From NCBI GenBank assembly GCA_037189525.1, contig JBBCJC010000005.1, positions 32,001-96,000 of the forward strand: DNA of 64,000 nt, written 5' to 3'. A program made the translations under genes and the position numbers. This DNA is from Gemmatimonadales bacterium (GTDB lineage Bacteria; Gemmatimonadota; Gemmatimonadetes; Gemmatimonadales; GWC2-71-9). Of this stretch, positions 1 through 11,561 are shown one piece after another (position 1 is the stretch's first letter; each line of letters starts with the position of its first letter). The notes below the pieces were generated by a model that worked only from the letters and a program-made list of their open reading frames with translations, was not told where the DNA came from and did not search any database.

Positions 1-501
1 GCCGGCATCCGGTACAGCGCCGATCGCGTCAGCTTTACCGCGGCCGGGCGGGCCATCACCGCGGTACACGGCGACGGGCTGACCGAAGTCCACCGCGCCT
101 CGGCGGTGATGCACCGGATCACCCGGCATCCAATTACCAGCTGGTTCTATCGTATCATCCATCCCGATCTCGGGATCTGGCTGGTCGACCGGATGAGCCG
201 CCACCTGGCAGATTCCACCCGCGATCCGGCCGTGCTGGATCGTGCGCAGCAACGGCAGGAGGCGTGGGCCCGCGATCACCTCGAACGACACCCCGAGGTT
301 GGTGTGCTGGTCATGTCTCACACCCACCGTTCCGCAGCAATCGAGATGTTTCCGGGACGCTGGTACCTGAATCCCGGCGCGTGGGTGGACGGGCTGCACT
401 ACGCAGTCGTGGGTCGCTCGGGCGTGACGCTCCACCAGTACGATCGAACCCTACCAGCGGCCGAACAGTCTCAGGGCCAGCGCACCGGAATCGAAGCCTG
501 A
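1..501 (+). CDS. lpxH: UDP-2,3-diacylglucosamine hydrolase-like metallophosphoesterase (5' partial)
   Basis: Frame is open from base 1. It has the AVHGDG, MSHTH and YLNPGAW motifs of calcineurin-like LpxH proteins. Confidence 0.7.
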   Translation, partial: AGIRYSADRVSFTAAGRAITAVHGDGLTEVHRASAVMHRITRHPITSWFYRIIHPDLGIWLVDRMSRHLADSTRDPAVLDRAQQRQEAWARDHLERHPEVGVLVMSHTHRSAAIEMFPGRWYLNPGAWVDGLHYAVVGRSGVTLHQYDRTLPAAEQSQGQRTGIEA

Positions 502-992
502 ATCCCGATTCCCCCCGACGGCATCGGCACCGCACGGAGTCGAAGGTCGTCCGGGAAGTCATGAAGCTCGCTCCCGACAAACGCTTCGATTCCTGAAAAG
601 AGATGGTTGAATCCGAGCAGGATCAACCAGTCCTGCCGCTGGCTGCGCTTACTCGCGGTCCTGGCGCTGTCGGCCCCGACCCGTTCGAGATATTTGAGCT
701 CGCGAATGGTCTTGACCGTCATGCCGAGTGCCAGGCCTTCGATGGTGACGAAGAGTGCGCCGGTCAGCTTGCGGTCGAGCCGCGCCTGCGACCATCCCGG
801 CACGGCCAGGGACATGAAAAAGGCCTTGAGCGGTTTGATCGGCCGCGCCATGTACGACAGCGTGTCCTCCGCAGCGACCGGCTGCGGAGGAGACACGACG
901 ACCGGCGGCGGCGCAGGTGGAGGGGTCTGCCCCGCTCCACCGGACGCCGCGCCCAGAACGAACGCCAGTCCCAACCACACGCTGCGCAACAC
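471..992 (-). CDS. Hypothetical exported/membrane protein (DUF5683-like)
   Basis: GTG start just after the ridA stop, signal peptide, Pro-rich linker, SLAVPGWSQ motif and hydrophobic helices. Confidence 0.55.
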   Translation of the reverse strand: MLRSVWLGLAFVLGAASGGAGQTPPPAPPPVVVSPPQPVAAEDTLSYMARPIKPLKAFFMSLAVPGWSQARLDRKLTGALFVTIEGLALGMTVKTIRELKYLERVGADSARTASKRSQRQDWLILLGFNHLFSGIEAFVGSELHDFPDDLRLRAVPMPSGGIGIQASIPVRWP

Positions 993-1002
993 GGTTACCC
1001 GA

Positions 1003-1392
1003 TCAGCGAAGGGCGATGCACTCGATTTCGACCCGGACGCCCTTCGGGAGCCCCGCCGCCTGCACCGTCGAGCGCGCCGGGCGATGGGTTCCGAAGTGCT
1101 CGGCGTAGATCTCGTTGACCACCCCGAACTCGGCCATGTCGGCCAGGAAGACGGTGGTCTTGACGACGCGGCTGAAATCGGTGCCGGCCGCCTGGAGCAC
1201 GGCCGCAAGGTTCGCAAAGACCTGGCGGGCCTGCGGACCGACCTCGCCCGACACCACTTCCATGGAGACCGGATCGAGCGCAATCTGCCCGGCCGTGAAC
1301 ACGAGGTTACCGACGACGGTGGCCTGCGAATACGGACCAATGGCCTTGGGGGCTGCGTCGGTCGCGATGATTTCGATCTTCGACATGCTCAT
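1003..1392 (-). CDS. ridA: RidA/YjgF/UK114 reactive intermediate deaminase
   Basis: APKAIGPYSQA, AGQI, RPARSTV and LPKGVRVEIE motifs. The start may be 1386. Confidence 0.93.
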   Translation of the reverse strand: MSMSKIEIIATDAAPKAIGPYSQATVVGNLVFTAGQIALDPVSMEVVSGEVGPQARQVFANLAAVLQAAGTDFSRVVKTTVFLADMAEFGVVNEIYAEHFGTHRPARSTVQAAGLPKGVRVEIECIALR

Positions 1393-1421
1393 CCTCGAGA
1401 AATTGGAGTTGCAAACCCTGC

Positions 1422-3095
1422 TTAGAACAAACCTTCAATCCGGCCATCGGCATGGACCCGAATGGCTTCCGCCGACGGCGTCTTCGACAAACCGGGCATC
1501 GTCATGATCTCCCCGGCAAGGGCGACCACGAACCCGGCGCCTGCCGAAGGATAGACGTCCCGGATCGTAATCCGAAATCCCGACGGGCGGCCAAGCCGGG
1601 TCGGGTCGTCGGAGAACGAATACTGGGTCTTGGCCATACACACGGGCGTGTTTCCGAGCCCCATGCTCTCGCACTGGGTGATGTTCCGTTCCGCGGCGGC
1701 CAGATAGTCGACCCCGTCGGCGCCGTAGATCTCGCGCGCAATCGCCTCGATTTTCGCCTTGATCGGCAGATCCGCGTCATACACCGGCTTGAAGGCCGAC
1801 TTCCCCTCGGCCAGCGTCTCCAGCAGCACCTGCGCGACCGCCTCGCCGCCGGCGCCGCCGGCAGCCCAGACGTCCGACAGAGCCGCGCGGACGCCCCAGC
1901 GGGCGGCGGCATCGAGGATGCACTGGATCTCTTCCGGCGAGTCACTGATGAACCGGTTGACGGCCACGACGACCGGCAGCCCGAACTTGGTCATGTTGGC
2001 GACATGCGCTTCGAGGTTGACCAAGCCCCGCTCGAGCGCGGCGACATCCGGCGTTCCCAGGCTGTCCTTCTTGACGCCACCGTGCATCTTGAGCGCGCGA
2101 ATCGTCGCCACGACCACCGCGGCTTCCGGCGCCAGGCCTCCCAGCCGGCACTTGATGTCCAGGAACTTCTCGGCGCCAAGATCGGCTCCGAATCCCGCCT
2201 CGGTCAGCACGATGTCGGCCAGAGACAGCCCGAGCCGGGTCGCCGCCAGGGAGTTACAGCCGTGGGCGATATTGCCGAACGGCCCACCATGTACCAGCGC
2301 CGGCCCGCCTTCCAGTGTCTGCACCAGATTCGGCAGGATGGCGTCCTTGAGCAGCAGCGTCATCGCTCCCGACGCCTTGAGGTCGGCGGCCGTGACCGGC
2401 TTCTTCTCGCGGGTCAGACCCACGATGATCCGGCCGAGCCGGGCCTCGAGATCCTGCAGGTCGCTTGCCAGGCAGAGCACCGCCATTACTTCGCTGCCGG
2501 GCACGATCACGAATCGATCTTCGCGCGTCGGACCACCGTTCAAGCCGCCCAGTCCGACGACGATCTGCCGGAGCGCGCGATCGTTCATGTCGATAGTGCG
2601 GGGCCAGCTGATCCGGCGAGAGTCGATCCCCAGCGCGTTGCCATGATGGATGTGATTGTCCAGCATCGCCGAGAGCAGGTTGTGCGCCGAGGTGATGGCG
2701 TGGAAATCACCCGTGAAGTGCAGGTTGATCTCGTCCATCGGCACCACCTGCGCATAGCCGCCCCCGGCCGCGCCTCCCTTGACCCCGAACACCGGACCGA
2801 GCGAGGGCTCGCGAATGCAGACCATCACCTGCTTGCCCAGCCGGCGGAGCGCCTGGCTCACACCGACCGTCACGGTCGACTTCCCTTCGCCGGCCGGCGT
2901 CGGGTTGATCCCGGTGACCAGCACCAGTTTCCCCTTGGGCGACCGCGCCCGAATCGCCTCGGCGCTGATCTTGGCCTTGTACTTCCCGTACGGGATGATC
3001 TCGTCCGGTGAAAGTCCGACCTCCGCAGCCACGTCGGTGATCGGGCGCAGCGTGGCGGCTTGAGCGATGGCGATGTCTGACGGAACGATGGACAC
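1422..3095 (-). CDS. fhs: Formate--tetrahydrofolate ligase
   Basis: [39 protein letters not shown] and IMTMPGL motifs. GTG start at 3095. Confidence 0.96.
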   Translation of the reverse strand: MSIVPSDIAIAQAATLRPITDVAAEVGLSPDEIIPYGKYKAKISAEAIRARSPKGKLVLVTGINPTPAGEGKSTVTVGVSQALRRLGKQVMVCIREPSLGPVFGVKGGAAGGGYAQVVPMDEINLHFTGDFHAITSAHNLLSAMLDNHIHHGNALGIDSRRISWPRTIDMNDRALRQIVVGLGGLNGGPTREDRFVIVPGSEVMAVLCLASDLQDLEARLGRIIVGLTREKKPVTAADLKASGAMTLLLKDAILPNLVQTLEGGPALVHGGPFGNIAHGCNSLAATRLGLSLADIVLTEAGFGADLGAEKFLDIKCRLGGLAPEAAVVVATIRALKMHGGVKKDSLGTPDVAALERGLVNLEAHVANMTKFGLPVVVAVNRFISDSPEEIQCILDAAARWGVRAALSDVWAAGGAGGEAVAQVLLETLAEGKSAFKPVYDADLPIKAKIEAIAREIYGADGVDYLAAAERNITQCESMGLGNTPVCMAKTQYSFSDDPTRLGRPSGFRITIRDVYPSAGAGFVVALAGEIMTMPGLSKTPSAEAIRVHADGRIEGLF

Positions 3096-3105
3096 GGGAC
3101 ACACC

Positions 3106-3906
3106 TTACGCGAGACGGTGGGAAACGACGCCGACCCGGGGACCGAACACGGCCTCGGCGTTGGCGGAAGTACGAGCGGCAATTTCCTCGAACGACAAGC
3201 CAACGACCTCGGCCAGCTTCCGGGCGGTAGCGGCGACGTACGCCGGCTCGTTCCGCTTGCCGCGGAACGGCACCGGGGCCAGATAGGGCGCATCGGTCTC
3301 GATCAGCAGGCGATCGAGCGGCACCTCACGAATGGCGGCATCGAGCTGCCACGATTTGAAGGTGATCATCCCGCTCCAGGAGACATAGTGCCCCAGCCGA
3401 ACGGCCGTGCGCAGCAGGTCGACGCCACTGGAATACGAATGCATCACGGCTACGGTGCCGGGGTGATTCCGAAGGATCGCCGCCACGTCATCGTCGGCTT
3501 CGCGCGCATGGATCACGGCCGGCTTTCCGGCTCGTGCCGCAAGCGCCATCTGCGCATCGAACGCTTCGGCCTGCACGGCGCGTGGCGAATGATCGTAGTG
3601 ATAGTCGAGGCCCATTTCCCCGGCCGCCACGACGATCGGGTCGGCCAGTGCCTCGGCCAGCCACGCCGCCAGCTCGGGAGACCACCGCTTGGCTTCGTGC
3701 GGATGCAGGCCGGCGGTTGCCGACAGCATCGGGTCGGCGGCGGCCAAGGCATGCGCCCGGGCCGCCGCTTCCGGCGTCTCACCGATCACGATGGCATGGC
3801 CGACACCCGCATCCCGCATTCGCGCAACCACCTCGCCGACCCCGGACGCGAATCCGGGATCGGCGAGGTGGCAATGGGTGTCGACCAGCAACGCGGCGGC
3901 TACCAA
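3106..3906 (-). CDS. tatD: TatD family nuclease/hydrolase
   Basis: DTHCHL, GLHPH, GEMGLDY, IHAREA and ETDAPYL motifs. Start is approximate (TTG at 3906 or 3891). Confidence 0.9.
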   Translation of the reverse strand: MVAAALLVDTHCHLADPGFASGVGEVVARMRDAGVGHAIVIGETPEAAARAHALAAADPMLSATAGLHPHEAKRWSPELAAWLAEALADPIVVAAGEMGLDYHYDHSPRAVQAEAFDAQMALAARAGKPAVIHAREADDDVAAILRNHPGTVAVMHSYSSGVDLLRTAVRLGHYVSWSGMITFKSWQLDAAIREVPLDRLLIETDAPYLAPVPFRGKRNEPAYVAATARKLAEVVGLSFEEIAARTSANAEAVFGPRVGVVSHRLA

Positions 3907-3913
3907 CCGGCGA

Positions 3914-6505
3914 TCACCCGGCGGACTGAGCCTTGGCGTTCGCCGCAACCCGCTTGGCCGCTGCCGAGGCAACCCCGCCAGCCGGCGGCCACTTGGTCTG
4001 AATCCAGAGCAGGATCGGCGCGGCGATGAAGATCGACGAGAACGTTGCGAGCAGGATGCCGAAGAACAGCACCAGCGCAAAGGGACGGATCACGTCGGTA
4101 CCGAAGATCGCCAGGGCAATCAGCGTACCGAGCGTCGTCGTACCGGTCAGCACCGTTCGCGGCAGCGTCTCGTTGACCGACAGATTGAGCAGGTCGATGA
4201 AACTCATCTGCCGACGATCGCGCAGGTTCTCACGAATACGGTCGAAGATGACGATGGTGTCGTTGAGCGAGAGACCGAGAACGGTCAACAGCGCCGCCAC
4301 CACCACCAGACTCACCTCGAGCTTGAGCAGCGCGATGAAGGCGATGGTCACCGCCACGTCGTGGATGGTCGCGATCACGGCGGCCAGACCGAAGCGCCAG
4401 TCGAACCGGTATGCCAGGTACGCGAGCACGGCAAAGAACGAGAAGAAGATGGCCATGAAGGCCTTCTGCTGCAGCTCGCCGCCCACCTTGGGGCCGACCG
4501 CTTCGGTCCGCTCCAAGGTGAAGTTGCCGGCGCCCACCACCTTGGTCAGCGCCTGCGTCATGGCCGTTGCCGCCTGCTGGGTATCATCGGCGTCGGTGGT
4601 GTTGTCGGCCACACGGCTCCGCACCACGAATTCGTTGGCCGCGCCGAACTGCTGGATCTCGGCGCCCGCAAACCCTTCCGCCTCGAGCCCGTTCCGGAGC
4701 TCGTCCACGGCGACCGGCTGCGAGGTCCGGATGTGCATCAGCGTGCCACCCGTGAACTCGACGCTCCAGTTGACGCCGCGGACCACCGTCGCGATGGCGC
4801 CGAAGACCAGAATGCCGACCGTCACGAGATACGCCACGCGACGATTCTCGATGAACTTGTAGGCCGCGTCCTTGAAGACCCGGAAGGTGCCTACCGACAG
4901 CGTCGTCATGTCCGGCCGCCGCTTGAGCCAGAGCAGATAGAACGTCCGGGTCACGAAGATGGCCGAGATCATCGAGGCAAAGACACCGATGATCAGCGTC
5001 ACCGCAAAGCCCTGCACCGGTCCGGTACCGAACTGGAACAGGAAGAGCGCCGTCAGCACGGTCGTCAGGTTCGAGTCGACGATGGCCGGGAGGGCGTTCT
5101 TGAAGCCTTCGTCGACCGAGAGACGGATGGTCTTCCCTTCGGCCAGCTCCTCACGGATTCGCTCGAAGATGAGGACGTTCGCGTCGACCGCCATGGCTAT
5201 CGCGAGCACGAAGCCGGCCAGACCTGGTAGCGTCAGGGTTGCCTCGAACGCAGCCAGCGCCGCAAACGTCATCAAGGCGTAGATGGCCAGCGCCCCGATG
5301 GCGATGACGCCACTCCAGGCGTAATACAGGATCATCATCAGGATCACGAAAACGACACCGATCAGACCGGCAATGATGCCGCCGCGGATGGCGTCCGCAC
5401 CAAGGCTCGGACCAACCTGGCGCTCCTCGACGATCTTGAGCGGCGTCGGCAGCGCGCCGGCCCGCAGCGTGAGGGCCAGATCCTGCGCCTCCTGGAGCGA
5501 CCGTCCGCCCAACTGAATCCGCCCCTGCCGTTCGATCCGGCTCTGAATCACCGGCGGCCGGCCCTGCACCTCGTTGTCGAGGATGATGGCCATGTAATCG
5601 CCGACGTGCCGGCCGGTTTCCTGGCCGAACCGCCGCCCGCCCTGACGATCGAGCTCGAAGTTGACTTCCGCGCCATTGGTCAGCGGATCCAGCTGCGCAA
5701 TCGCGTTGACGAGATGCGTCCCGGTAATGATCGGGCGCTCATCGAGCGCGTAGAGCAGCCGGAACTGTTCGACACCCGCCGCAATCGGCGCGTTGGCCCA
5801 CTTGAAGTCGATGTTGCGCGGCCAGAGACGGCGCACCTCGGGCAGGCGCAACAGGCTGTCCACCTGGCGATAGGCGCTCTCGCGAACGACATATTCACCG
5901 GGCACCGGCGGCAGACCGACCGCGGCTGACGACTGGATCAGCGAGGCGAAAATCCCGTTGGTGATGACGCTGTCGGAGGTCGCCTCCTTGGCCGAGTCCG
6001 CACCGAGCAGGTCCTGCACGGCCGACGGACGAGCCGGCGTGGCGCCGACGGACGCCGTGACACCCAGGTCGCGGAGGGTCCGATCCATCACGCCGATGGA
6101 ACGCTCGAGCGCCTGCGTCTTGTCGGTGATCTTGAACTCGAGGAACGCGCTCCGCTGCACCACGGCCTTGGCGCGCTCGGGGTCGGTCACCCCGGGCAAC
6201 TCGACCACGATCCGCTCGGCGCCGACGGTCTGGATGATGGGTTCGAGCACGCCGAACTCGTCGATGCGCTTGCGCAGCACCGTCAACGCGAGCTGGATGT
6301 CGCCGGCCGGATCGGATGAGATCCGGTTCGACTGATCGAGCTCGAGACCCAGGTGCATGCCGCCCTGGAGATCGAGGCCGAGATTGACGACCGTTCCCGC
6401 GTGTGTCGGCGTAGTCGTCTTCCGCTTGTTGTTCCAGAGGAAGAAGCCGGACGCGAGGATCAAAATCGCGATGACGATGAGTCGGTTACGTAAGTTCGTG
6501 AACAT
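3914..6505 (-). CDS. secDF: Fused protein translocase subunit SecDF
   Basis: LGLDLQGG, VGPSLG and DANVLIFERIREE (SecD), then EFTGG, SLNDTIVIFDRIRE and ETLPRT (SecF). Confidence 0.95.
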   Translation of the reverse strand: MFTNLRNRLIVIAILILASGFFLWNNKRKTTTPTHAGTVVNLGLDLQGGMHLGLELDQSNRISSDPAGDIQLALTVLRKRIDEFGVLEPIIQTVGAERIVVELPGVTDPERAKAVVQRSAFLEFKITDKTQALERSIGVMDRTLRDLGVTASVGATPARPSAVQDLLGADSAKEATSDSVITNGIFASLIQSSAAVGLPPVPGEYVVRESAYRQVDSLLRLPEVRRLWPRNIDFKWANAPIAAGVEQFRLLYALDERPIITGTHLVNAIAQLDPLTNGAEVNFELDRQGGRRFGQETGRHVGDYMAIILDNEVQGRPPVIQSRIERQGRIQLGGRSLQEAQDLALTLRAGALPTPLKIVEERQVGPSLGADAIRGGIIAGLIGVVFVILMMILYYAWSGVIAIGALAIYALMTFAALAAFEATLTLPGLAGFVLAIAMAVDANVLIFERIREELAEGKTIRLSVDEGFKNALPAIVDSNLTTVLTALFLFQFGTGPVQGFAVTLIIGVFASMISAIFVTRTFYLLWLKRRPDMTTLSVGTFRVFKDAAYKFIENRRVAYLVTVGILVFGAIATVVRGVNWSVEFTGGTLMHIRTSQPVAVDELRNGLEAEGFAGAEIQQFGAANEFVVRSRVADNTTDADDTQQAATAMTQALTKVVGAGNFTLERTEAVGPKVGGELQQKAFMAIFFSFFAVLAYLAYRFDWRFGLAAVIATIHDVAVTIAFIALLKLEVSLVVVAALLTVLGLSLNDTIVIFDRIRENLRDRRQMSFIDLLNLSVNETLPRTVLTGTTTLGTLIALAIFGTDVIRPFALVLFFGILLATFSSIFIAAPILLWIQTKWPPAGGVASAAAKRVAANAKAQSAG

Positions 6506-6540
6506 CGTTCCCACACCGCGTGTCAACGGGTGACACTTCG

Positions 6541-7464
6541 TTAGAGGTTCGCGCGCCCCTCGAGCGTGGCCCGCGCGTTGGCACGATCCTGCTCGAGCTG
6601 ATCCCTGAGCGCGGCCAGCGACTCAAAGCGCCGGATCGCTCGAAGCGGAGCGACCCATTCGATCCGGATCTCCCGCCCATACAAGTCCCCGTCGAAATCG
6701 AAGAGATGCACTTCCAGCCACCGCGTGCCATCTCCGACCGTCGGACGGGTACCCTGATTCATCATTCCACCTGCCGTCCCACCACCCCACTCCACTCGCA
6801 CCGCATAGACGCCGTCCGGCGGTAGCAGCTTGCCGACCGGCGGCGTCAGGTTGGCGGTCGGGACGCCGAGGGTGCGACCCCGCCGCTGTCCCGGCACCAC
6901 GCGCCCCGACACCCGGTACGGTCGGCCCAGCCCGGCCGCGGCGGCGGCGAAATCGCCTGCCGTCACGGCGTCCCGAATCCGGCTGCTCGATACCGGCTGC
7001 CCCCGCCCGCCCGCGACCGGAGCGACGACGTGGAGACCGAATCCGCCATGCGCAGCCAGCGTCTCGAGCGTCGCGCGATCACCGGCCCGGCGGCGGCCGA
7101 AGCCGTGGTCGTGACCCACCACCAGGTCCGCCATCTGGCACCGCGCCTGCAGGACCTCGCGTACGAATTCCTCCGGATCGAGCGCAGCCAGCGCCTGATC
7201 GAACTGGAGGACGACCTGGTAGTCGATGTCCGTCTCCGCCAGCGCGGCACTGCGTTCCTCGGCCGAGGTGAGTCGGCCCGGGGCAACCTCGGGACGCAGC
7301 ACCGCCAGCGGATGCGGCTCCAAGGTCACCAGCACCGCCGGCCGATCGGCCGCGCGAGCCCGGCGCACCAGCTCCGCAATCACCGCCTGATGGCCGAGAT
7401 GGACCCCGTCGAAGGTCCCCACGGTGACCGCCGCCCCGCGCGGAAATCCGGGCAGATCGCTCAT
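6541..7464 (-). CDS. ribF: Bifunctional riboflavin kinase/FAD synthetase
   Basis: GTFDGVHLGH, VSSSRIR, GRTLGVPTAN and EVHLFDF motifs. Confidence 0.95.
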   Translation of the reverse strand: MSDLPGFPRGAAVTVGTFDGVHLGHQAVIAELVRRARAADRPAVLVTLEPHPLAVLRPEVAPGRLTSAEERSAALAETDIDYQVVLQFDQALAALDPEEFVREVLQARCQMADLVVGHDHGFGRRRAGDRATLETLAAHGGFGLHVVAPVAGGRGQPVSSSRIRDAVTAGDFAAAAAGLGRPYRVSGRVVPGQRRGRTLGVPTANLTPPVGKLLPPDGVYAVRVEWGGGTAGGMMNQGTRPTVGDGTRWLEVHLFDFDGDLYGREIRIEWVAPLRAIRRFESLAALRDQLEQDRANARATLEGRANL

Positions 7465-8306
7465 GCCGGAAATACCGCCGTCGGCTGCCAGGCTCCCTCA
7501 CGCGCTTCGGCAATCGCCACCAGCTGCCCATCCGCCACCAGCGCGGTCGGCCCGGTACCAAACCCGCCCGGCACTCGCTGCCCGTGCCGGATCCTGGCCA
7601 CCGCCTCCGAGTCGACCTCGGCCCGCGGCAGGTGCCCGATCAGCGCGAGCGGCGGGATCAGCGCATCGGCCGTCACATCGGCGAGCGGAACCGCCTGGCC
7701 CACCTCGAACGCCCCCACCGATTCCCTCCGTAAGGCCGTCAGGTGCGCTCCCGTACCGAGCCGCTCGCCCGCATCACGCGCCAACGCCCGGACGTACGTC
7801 CCGGCGCTGACGGTCACCCGAAAGGTGAGCACGGGTGGCTGATAGCTCAGCAGCGTCAGCTGATGCACCGTTACCGGTACCGGCGTCAATTCCAGCCGGC
7901 CGCCGCGGCGGGCCACCGCATGACTGCGCACCCCGCCGACCTGCTTGGCCGAATAGGCCGGCGGTCGCTGCTCACCTGGCCCGATCAGTCCGGCCAGCAC
8001 TTCCGCTACCTGCGCTTCACTCGGCCACGGACCATCCGATGGCACTCCGAGCGGCTCACCCGTCAGATCGTCGCTGTCCGTCGCAAACCCCAGCCGGGCC
8101 TGGGCCCAGTAGGTCTTCGTCGCACCTTCGACGTATCGGGCCAGCCGCGTCGCCGAACCCAGCACCAGCACGAGCAGCCCGGTCGCAAACGGATCGAGCG
8201 TGCCGGTATGACCGACCGCGCGGGTCCCCAGTCGCTTCCTGACCGTCGCGACCACATCGTGCGACGTGATCCCGGCCGGCTTGTCCACCAGAAGCCCTCC
8301 GTTCAG
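7461..8306 (-). CDS. truB: tRNA pseudouridine(55) synthase
   Basis: DKPAGITSHD, GHTGTLDPFATG and SAGTYVRAL motifs. Start is either CTG at 8306 (see findings) or GTG at 8288. Confidence 0.93.
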   Translation of the reverse strand: MNGGLLVDKPAGITSHDVVATVRKRLGTRAVGHTGTLDPFATGLLVLVLGSATRLARYVEGATKTYWAQARLGFATDSDDLTGEPLGVPSDGPWPSEAQVAEVLAGLIGPGEQRPPAYSAKQVGGVRSHAVARRGGRLELTPVPVTVHQLTLLSYQPPVLTFRVTVSAGTYVRALARDAGERLGTGAHLTALRRESVGAFEVGQAVPLADVTADALIPPLALIGHLPRAEVDSEAVARIRHGQRVPGGFGTGPTALVADGQLVAIAEAREGAWQPTAVFPA

Positions 8307-8674
8307 GACTCGGTCTCCTCGCGACGGAGATCGGCCAGGATCTGATCGATCCGCGCCGCGTGTTCCCGGCCGCGGTCGACCAGGAACTGCAGGTCCGGGG
8401 TAATCCGCGTATCGAGCGCCTGCGCCACCTTGGTGCGCAGAAACCCGGCGGCCCGCCCGAGCCCTTCGAGCTCCGCTTCCTGCTCCGCCGCCTCGCCGGC
8501 CAGCGTCACGAAAATCCGAGCGACCGACAGATCGGGCGTCACCTCGACCCGGGTGACCGTGGCCGACCGGATCCGCGGATCCCGCACCTCACGGATCAGC
8601 GCCTCCGCCACGATCTGACGGACCACCTCACCGACCTGATCCGGACGGCGGCGATTGCCCGAGCGGCCCGCCAT
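8303..8674 (-). CDS. rbfA: Ribosome-binding factor A
   Basis: VRDPRI, VTPDLSVARI, AAGFLR and ITPDLQF motifs. Lies directly after infB. Confidence 0.93.
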   Translation of the reverse strand: MAGRSGNRRRPDQVGEVVRQIVAEALIREVRDPRIRSATVTRVEVTPDLSVARIFVTLAGEAAEQEAELEGLGRAAGFLRTKVAQALDTRITPDLQFLVDRGREHAARIDQILADLRREETES

Positions 8675-8678
8675 CGGA

Positions 8679-11561
8679 TCAGTTCTCCGCGCCGGCGTTC
8701 GCGGCGAGGGTCCGCTTCACTTCCTCGATCCGGAACGCCTCGATCCGGTCGCCCACCTTGAGGTCGTTGAAGTTTTCGATGCCGATACCGCACTCGAACC
8801 CTTCTTTGACTTCGCGGACGTCTTCCTTGAACCGCTTCAAGCTGCCGAACGTGCCGGTGTAGATCACGGCGCCGTCGCGCACCACTCGCGCCTTGGCCGT
8901 CCGGGCAATCACGCCCGTCCGGACTGCGCAGCCGGCGATGGTTCCGACGCGCGAGACCTTGAAGGTCTCGAGCACTTCGGCCTCGCCCATCACGATTTCC
9001 TTCTCTTCCGGCTTGAGCAGGCCTTCGAGCGCCTTGCGAACGTCTTCGACCGCCTCGTAGATGATCCGGTAGGTCCGGATATCGACGTGCTCACGCTCCG
9101 CCGCGGCCCGCGCATTGGCGTCGGGACGGACGTGGAAGCCGATGATGATGGCGCCGGAGCTGCTGGCCAGCAGCACGTCGCTCTCGGTAATGGCGCCGAC
9201 GCCGCGGTGCACCACCTCGACCCGTACCTCGGCGTTGGAGAGATGCGAAATCGCGTCGGCCAGTGCTTCGGCCGGACCGCCCTGGTCGGCTTTGATGATG
9301 ATCGGCAGCTGGGTAACCCGGCCGGCCTGCAGCTGACGACTGATGTCCTCGAGCGACCCGCCCCGCTGGCTGCGCCGATTCTGCGCTTCGCGCTCGAGCC
9401 GCTGCCGCTTCTGGGCAATGTCACGCGCCTCGACAGCATCGGCGATGCTGATGAAGCTGTCACCCGCCGCCGGCACGCCTTCGAAGCCGAGCACCCGGAC
9501 CGGAATCGACGGACCCGCCTCTTTCACGGCCTTGCCGCGCTCGTCCGTCATGGCACGAACCCGGCCGGAGAACTTGCCGCAAATGAAGTTATCGCCGACG
9601 CGAAGGGTACCGCGCTGCACCAGGATGGTGGCCAGCGGGCCCTTGCCCGGATCGAGCGTCGCTTCGAGCACCGTGCCCGAGGCTTCCGTATCCGGATTGG
9701 CCTTCAAGTCGAGGATCTCGGCCTGCAGGAGGATCTGCTCCAGCAGGTGATCGATCCCGGTGCCCTTCTTGGCCGAAATCTCGGCCGAGAGCACGTTGCC
9801 GCCGAACTCTTCGAGCACGACCTGATGCTGCAACAGGTCCTGCTTGACCTTGGGAATATTGGCCGCCGGCAAGTCCACCTTGTTGATCGCGACGATGATC
9901 GGCACGCCAGCGTTCTTGGCGTGACTGATCGCTTCGATCGTCTGCGGCATGACCTGGTCGTCGGCCGCAATCACCAGGACCACGATATCGGTAACCTGCG
10001 CACCGCGGGCACGCATGGCCGTGAAGGCCTGGTGACCCGGCGTGTCGAGGAAGGTGATTTCCCGGCCCGCCGGCAGCGACACATGGTAGGCGCCGATATG
10101 CTGCGTGATACCGCCGGCCTCGCCGGCGACCACGTTGGCTTTGCGCAGGTAGTCGAGCAACGAGGTCTTACCATGGTCGACGTGACCCATGATCGTAACC
10201 ACCGGCGAGCGCGGCTGGAGCAACTCGGGGGACTCTTCCGGGGTGTCGCTCCCCAGTTCCGCCGCGTACTCCTCTTCCCGCATTGCCTCGAACCCGAACT
10301 CCGACGCGATCAGTTCGATCTGATCGAAGTCGAGCCGCTGGTTCACGGTGACCATCATGCCCATCTCTTTGAAGGCAAACTGGACGATCTGCGTCGCCGG
10401 TACCTTCATCAGTTCGGCCAGTTCGGCCACCGAGATGAACTCGTTGACCCGAATCCGGGTCTTTTCCCGCTCGCGCTCCTCGGCGCTCCTGCTGGCCAGC
10501 ATGTCACGGTAGCTGGGCTCGTCGGAGCGGCGCTTGCGCGGACCACCCTTCATGCCCTGCAGCGTCTTCAGGATGTTGGCTTGCACCTGATCCTGATCGA
10601 CGTAGCTCTTCCGCCCCCGCTTGGCCTTCTTCCGGCCACCCCCCGCCGCACGGGACGGCGCATCGGGACCAAAGTTCCGCGCCGGCGCCCCGGGCGCTCC
10701 ACCCGGAGCCGGACGACCCGGAGGGCCGCCGGGACGCTGCCCGCCCCGCGGCGGGCCACCCGGTCGCTGCGGACCGCCGGGACGGTTGAACGGTGCGCCA
10801 CCCGGACGGCCGGGACCACCCGGTCGCTGGCCGCCGAAATTGCCCCGTTCACCCGGCGCGCCACCCCGATTGGGCGCCCCGGACGTGCTGCTGAACACCG
10901 GACGCGGCCCGGCCGGACCCCGCTGGACTCGCGGCGGCACGAAGGTCCGGCGCGCGGGCGGTCCCCCTTCGCCACCCGAGGTGACCGAAGGCGGCAACAC
11001 CGTGCGCGGCGGAATCGGCGGGAGCGGCGGAGGCGGGGGGGCCACGACCCGGGGCGGCGATTCCTCGACCGGCTCCGGCTCGGCTTCCGGTTCGGGCGGA
11101 GCCGGCGGCAGATCCTTGAACAACGCGCGCGCCCGCTCGTCGAGCGTCGGCATCGGCGCGGCGGGCTGCGGCTCGGGGCGTTCGAAGAGCACCGGCTTCT
11201 CGCGCTCGAACGTCGCCGACTCCGCGGCCACCTTCTCGGCCTCGGCCTGCGCAGCAGCCTCCGACTCGGCCACTTCGGCCGCTGTCCGGCGGCGCTTGGC
11301 GGTCGGGGCCGACGGCGGCGGGGCGGCCGGAGCGGCGCTGCTCGCCTTGGTCGTCCGGCGGCGCGTCTTCTTGGGCTCCTCGGTGGCGGCGTGCTTGCGC
11401 TTTTCCCGCTCCCAGCGGAGCCGGATGGCAGCTACCTGCGCATCGTCGAGGGGGTGCAACGGCCCCCGCACCACGACGTGCATGTCCTTGAGGACCGACA
11501 GCAACTGCTCCGTCGGGACTCCGAATTCCGTCGCGAGATCTTGGACTTTCGTCTTGACCAC
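8679..11561 (-). CDS. infB: Translation initiation factor IF-2
   Basis: [28 protein letters not shown] and SAKKG motifs, with a long Pro/Gly-rich N-terminus. Confidence 0.97.
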   Translation of the reverse strand: MVKTKVQDLATEFGVPTEQLLSVLKDMHVVVRGPLHPLDDAQVAAIRLRWEREKRKHAATEEPKKTRRRTTKASSAAPAAPPPSAPTAKRRRTAAEVAESEAAAQAEAEKVAAESATFEREKPVLFERPEPQPAAPMPTLDERARALFKDLPPAPPEPEAEPEPVEESPPRVVAPPPPPLPPIPPRTVLPPSVTSGGEGGPPARRTFVPPRVQRGPAGPRPVFSSTSGAPNRGGAPGERGNFGGQRPGGPGRPGGAPFNRPGGPQRPGGPPRGGQRPGGPPGRPAPGGAPGAPARNFGPDAPSRAAGGGRKKAKRGRKSYVDQDQVQANILKTLQGMKGGPRKRRSDEPSYRDMLASRSAEEREREKTRIRVNEFISVAELAELMKVPATQIVQFAFKEMGMMVTVNQRLDFDQIELIASEFGFEAMREEEYAAELGSDTPEESPELLQPRSPVVTIMGHVDHGKTSLLDYLRKANVVAGEAGGITQHIGAYHVSLPAGREITFLDTPGHQAFTAMRARGAQVTDIVVLVIAADDQVMPQTIEAISHAKNAGVPIIVAINKVDLPAANIPKVKQDLLQHQVVLEEFGGNVLSAEISAKKGTGIDHLLEQILLQAEILDLKANPDTEASGTVLEATLDPGKGPLATILVQRGTLRVGDNFICGKFSGRVRAMTDERGKAVKEAGPSIPVRVLGFEGVPAAGDSFISIADAVEARDIAQKRQRLEREAQNRRSQRGGSLEDISRQLQAGRVTQLPIIIKADQGGPAEALADAISHLSNAEVRVEVVHRGVGAITESDVLLASSSGAIIIGFHVRPDANARAAAEREHVDIRTYRIIYEAVEDVRKALEGLLKPEEKEIVMGEAEVLETFKVSRVGTIAGCAVRTGVIARTAKARVVRDGAVIYTGTFGSLKRFKEDVREVKEGFECGIGIENFNDLKVGDRIEAFRIEEVKRTLAANAGAEN

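Noticed and set aside
471..501. Convergent 3' overlaps (lpxH/hypothetical, and dinB/merC-like at 29848-29875)
   Set aside because: Short tail-to-tail overlaps are common in compact high-GC genomes. There is no sign of function.
10620..11350. GC-rich quasi-repeats (GGPPGRP-type)
   Set aside because: They encode the low-complexity N-terminal linker of IF-2. There is no fixed repeat-spacer periodicity, so this is not a CRISPR array or VNTR.
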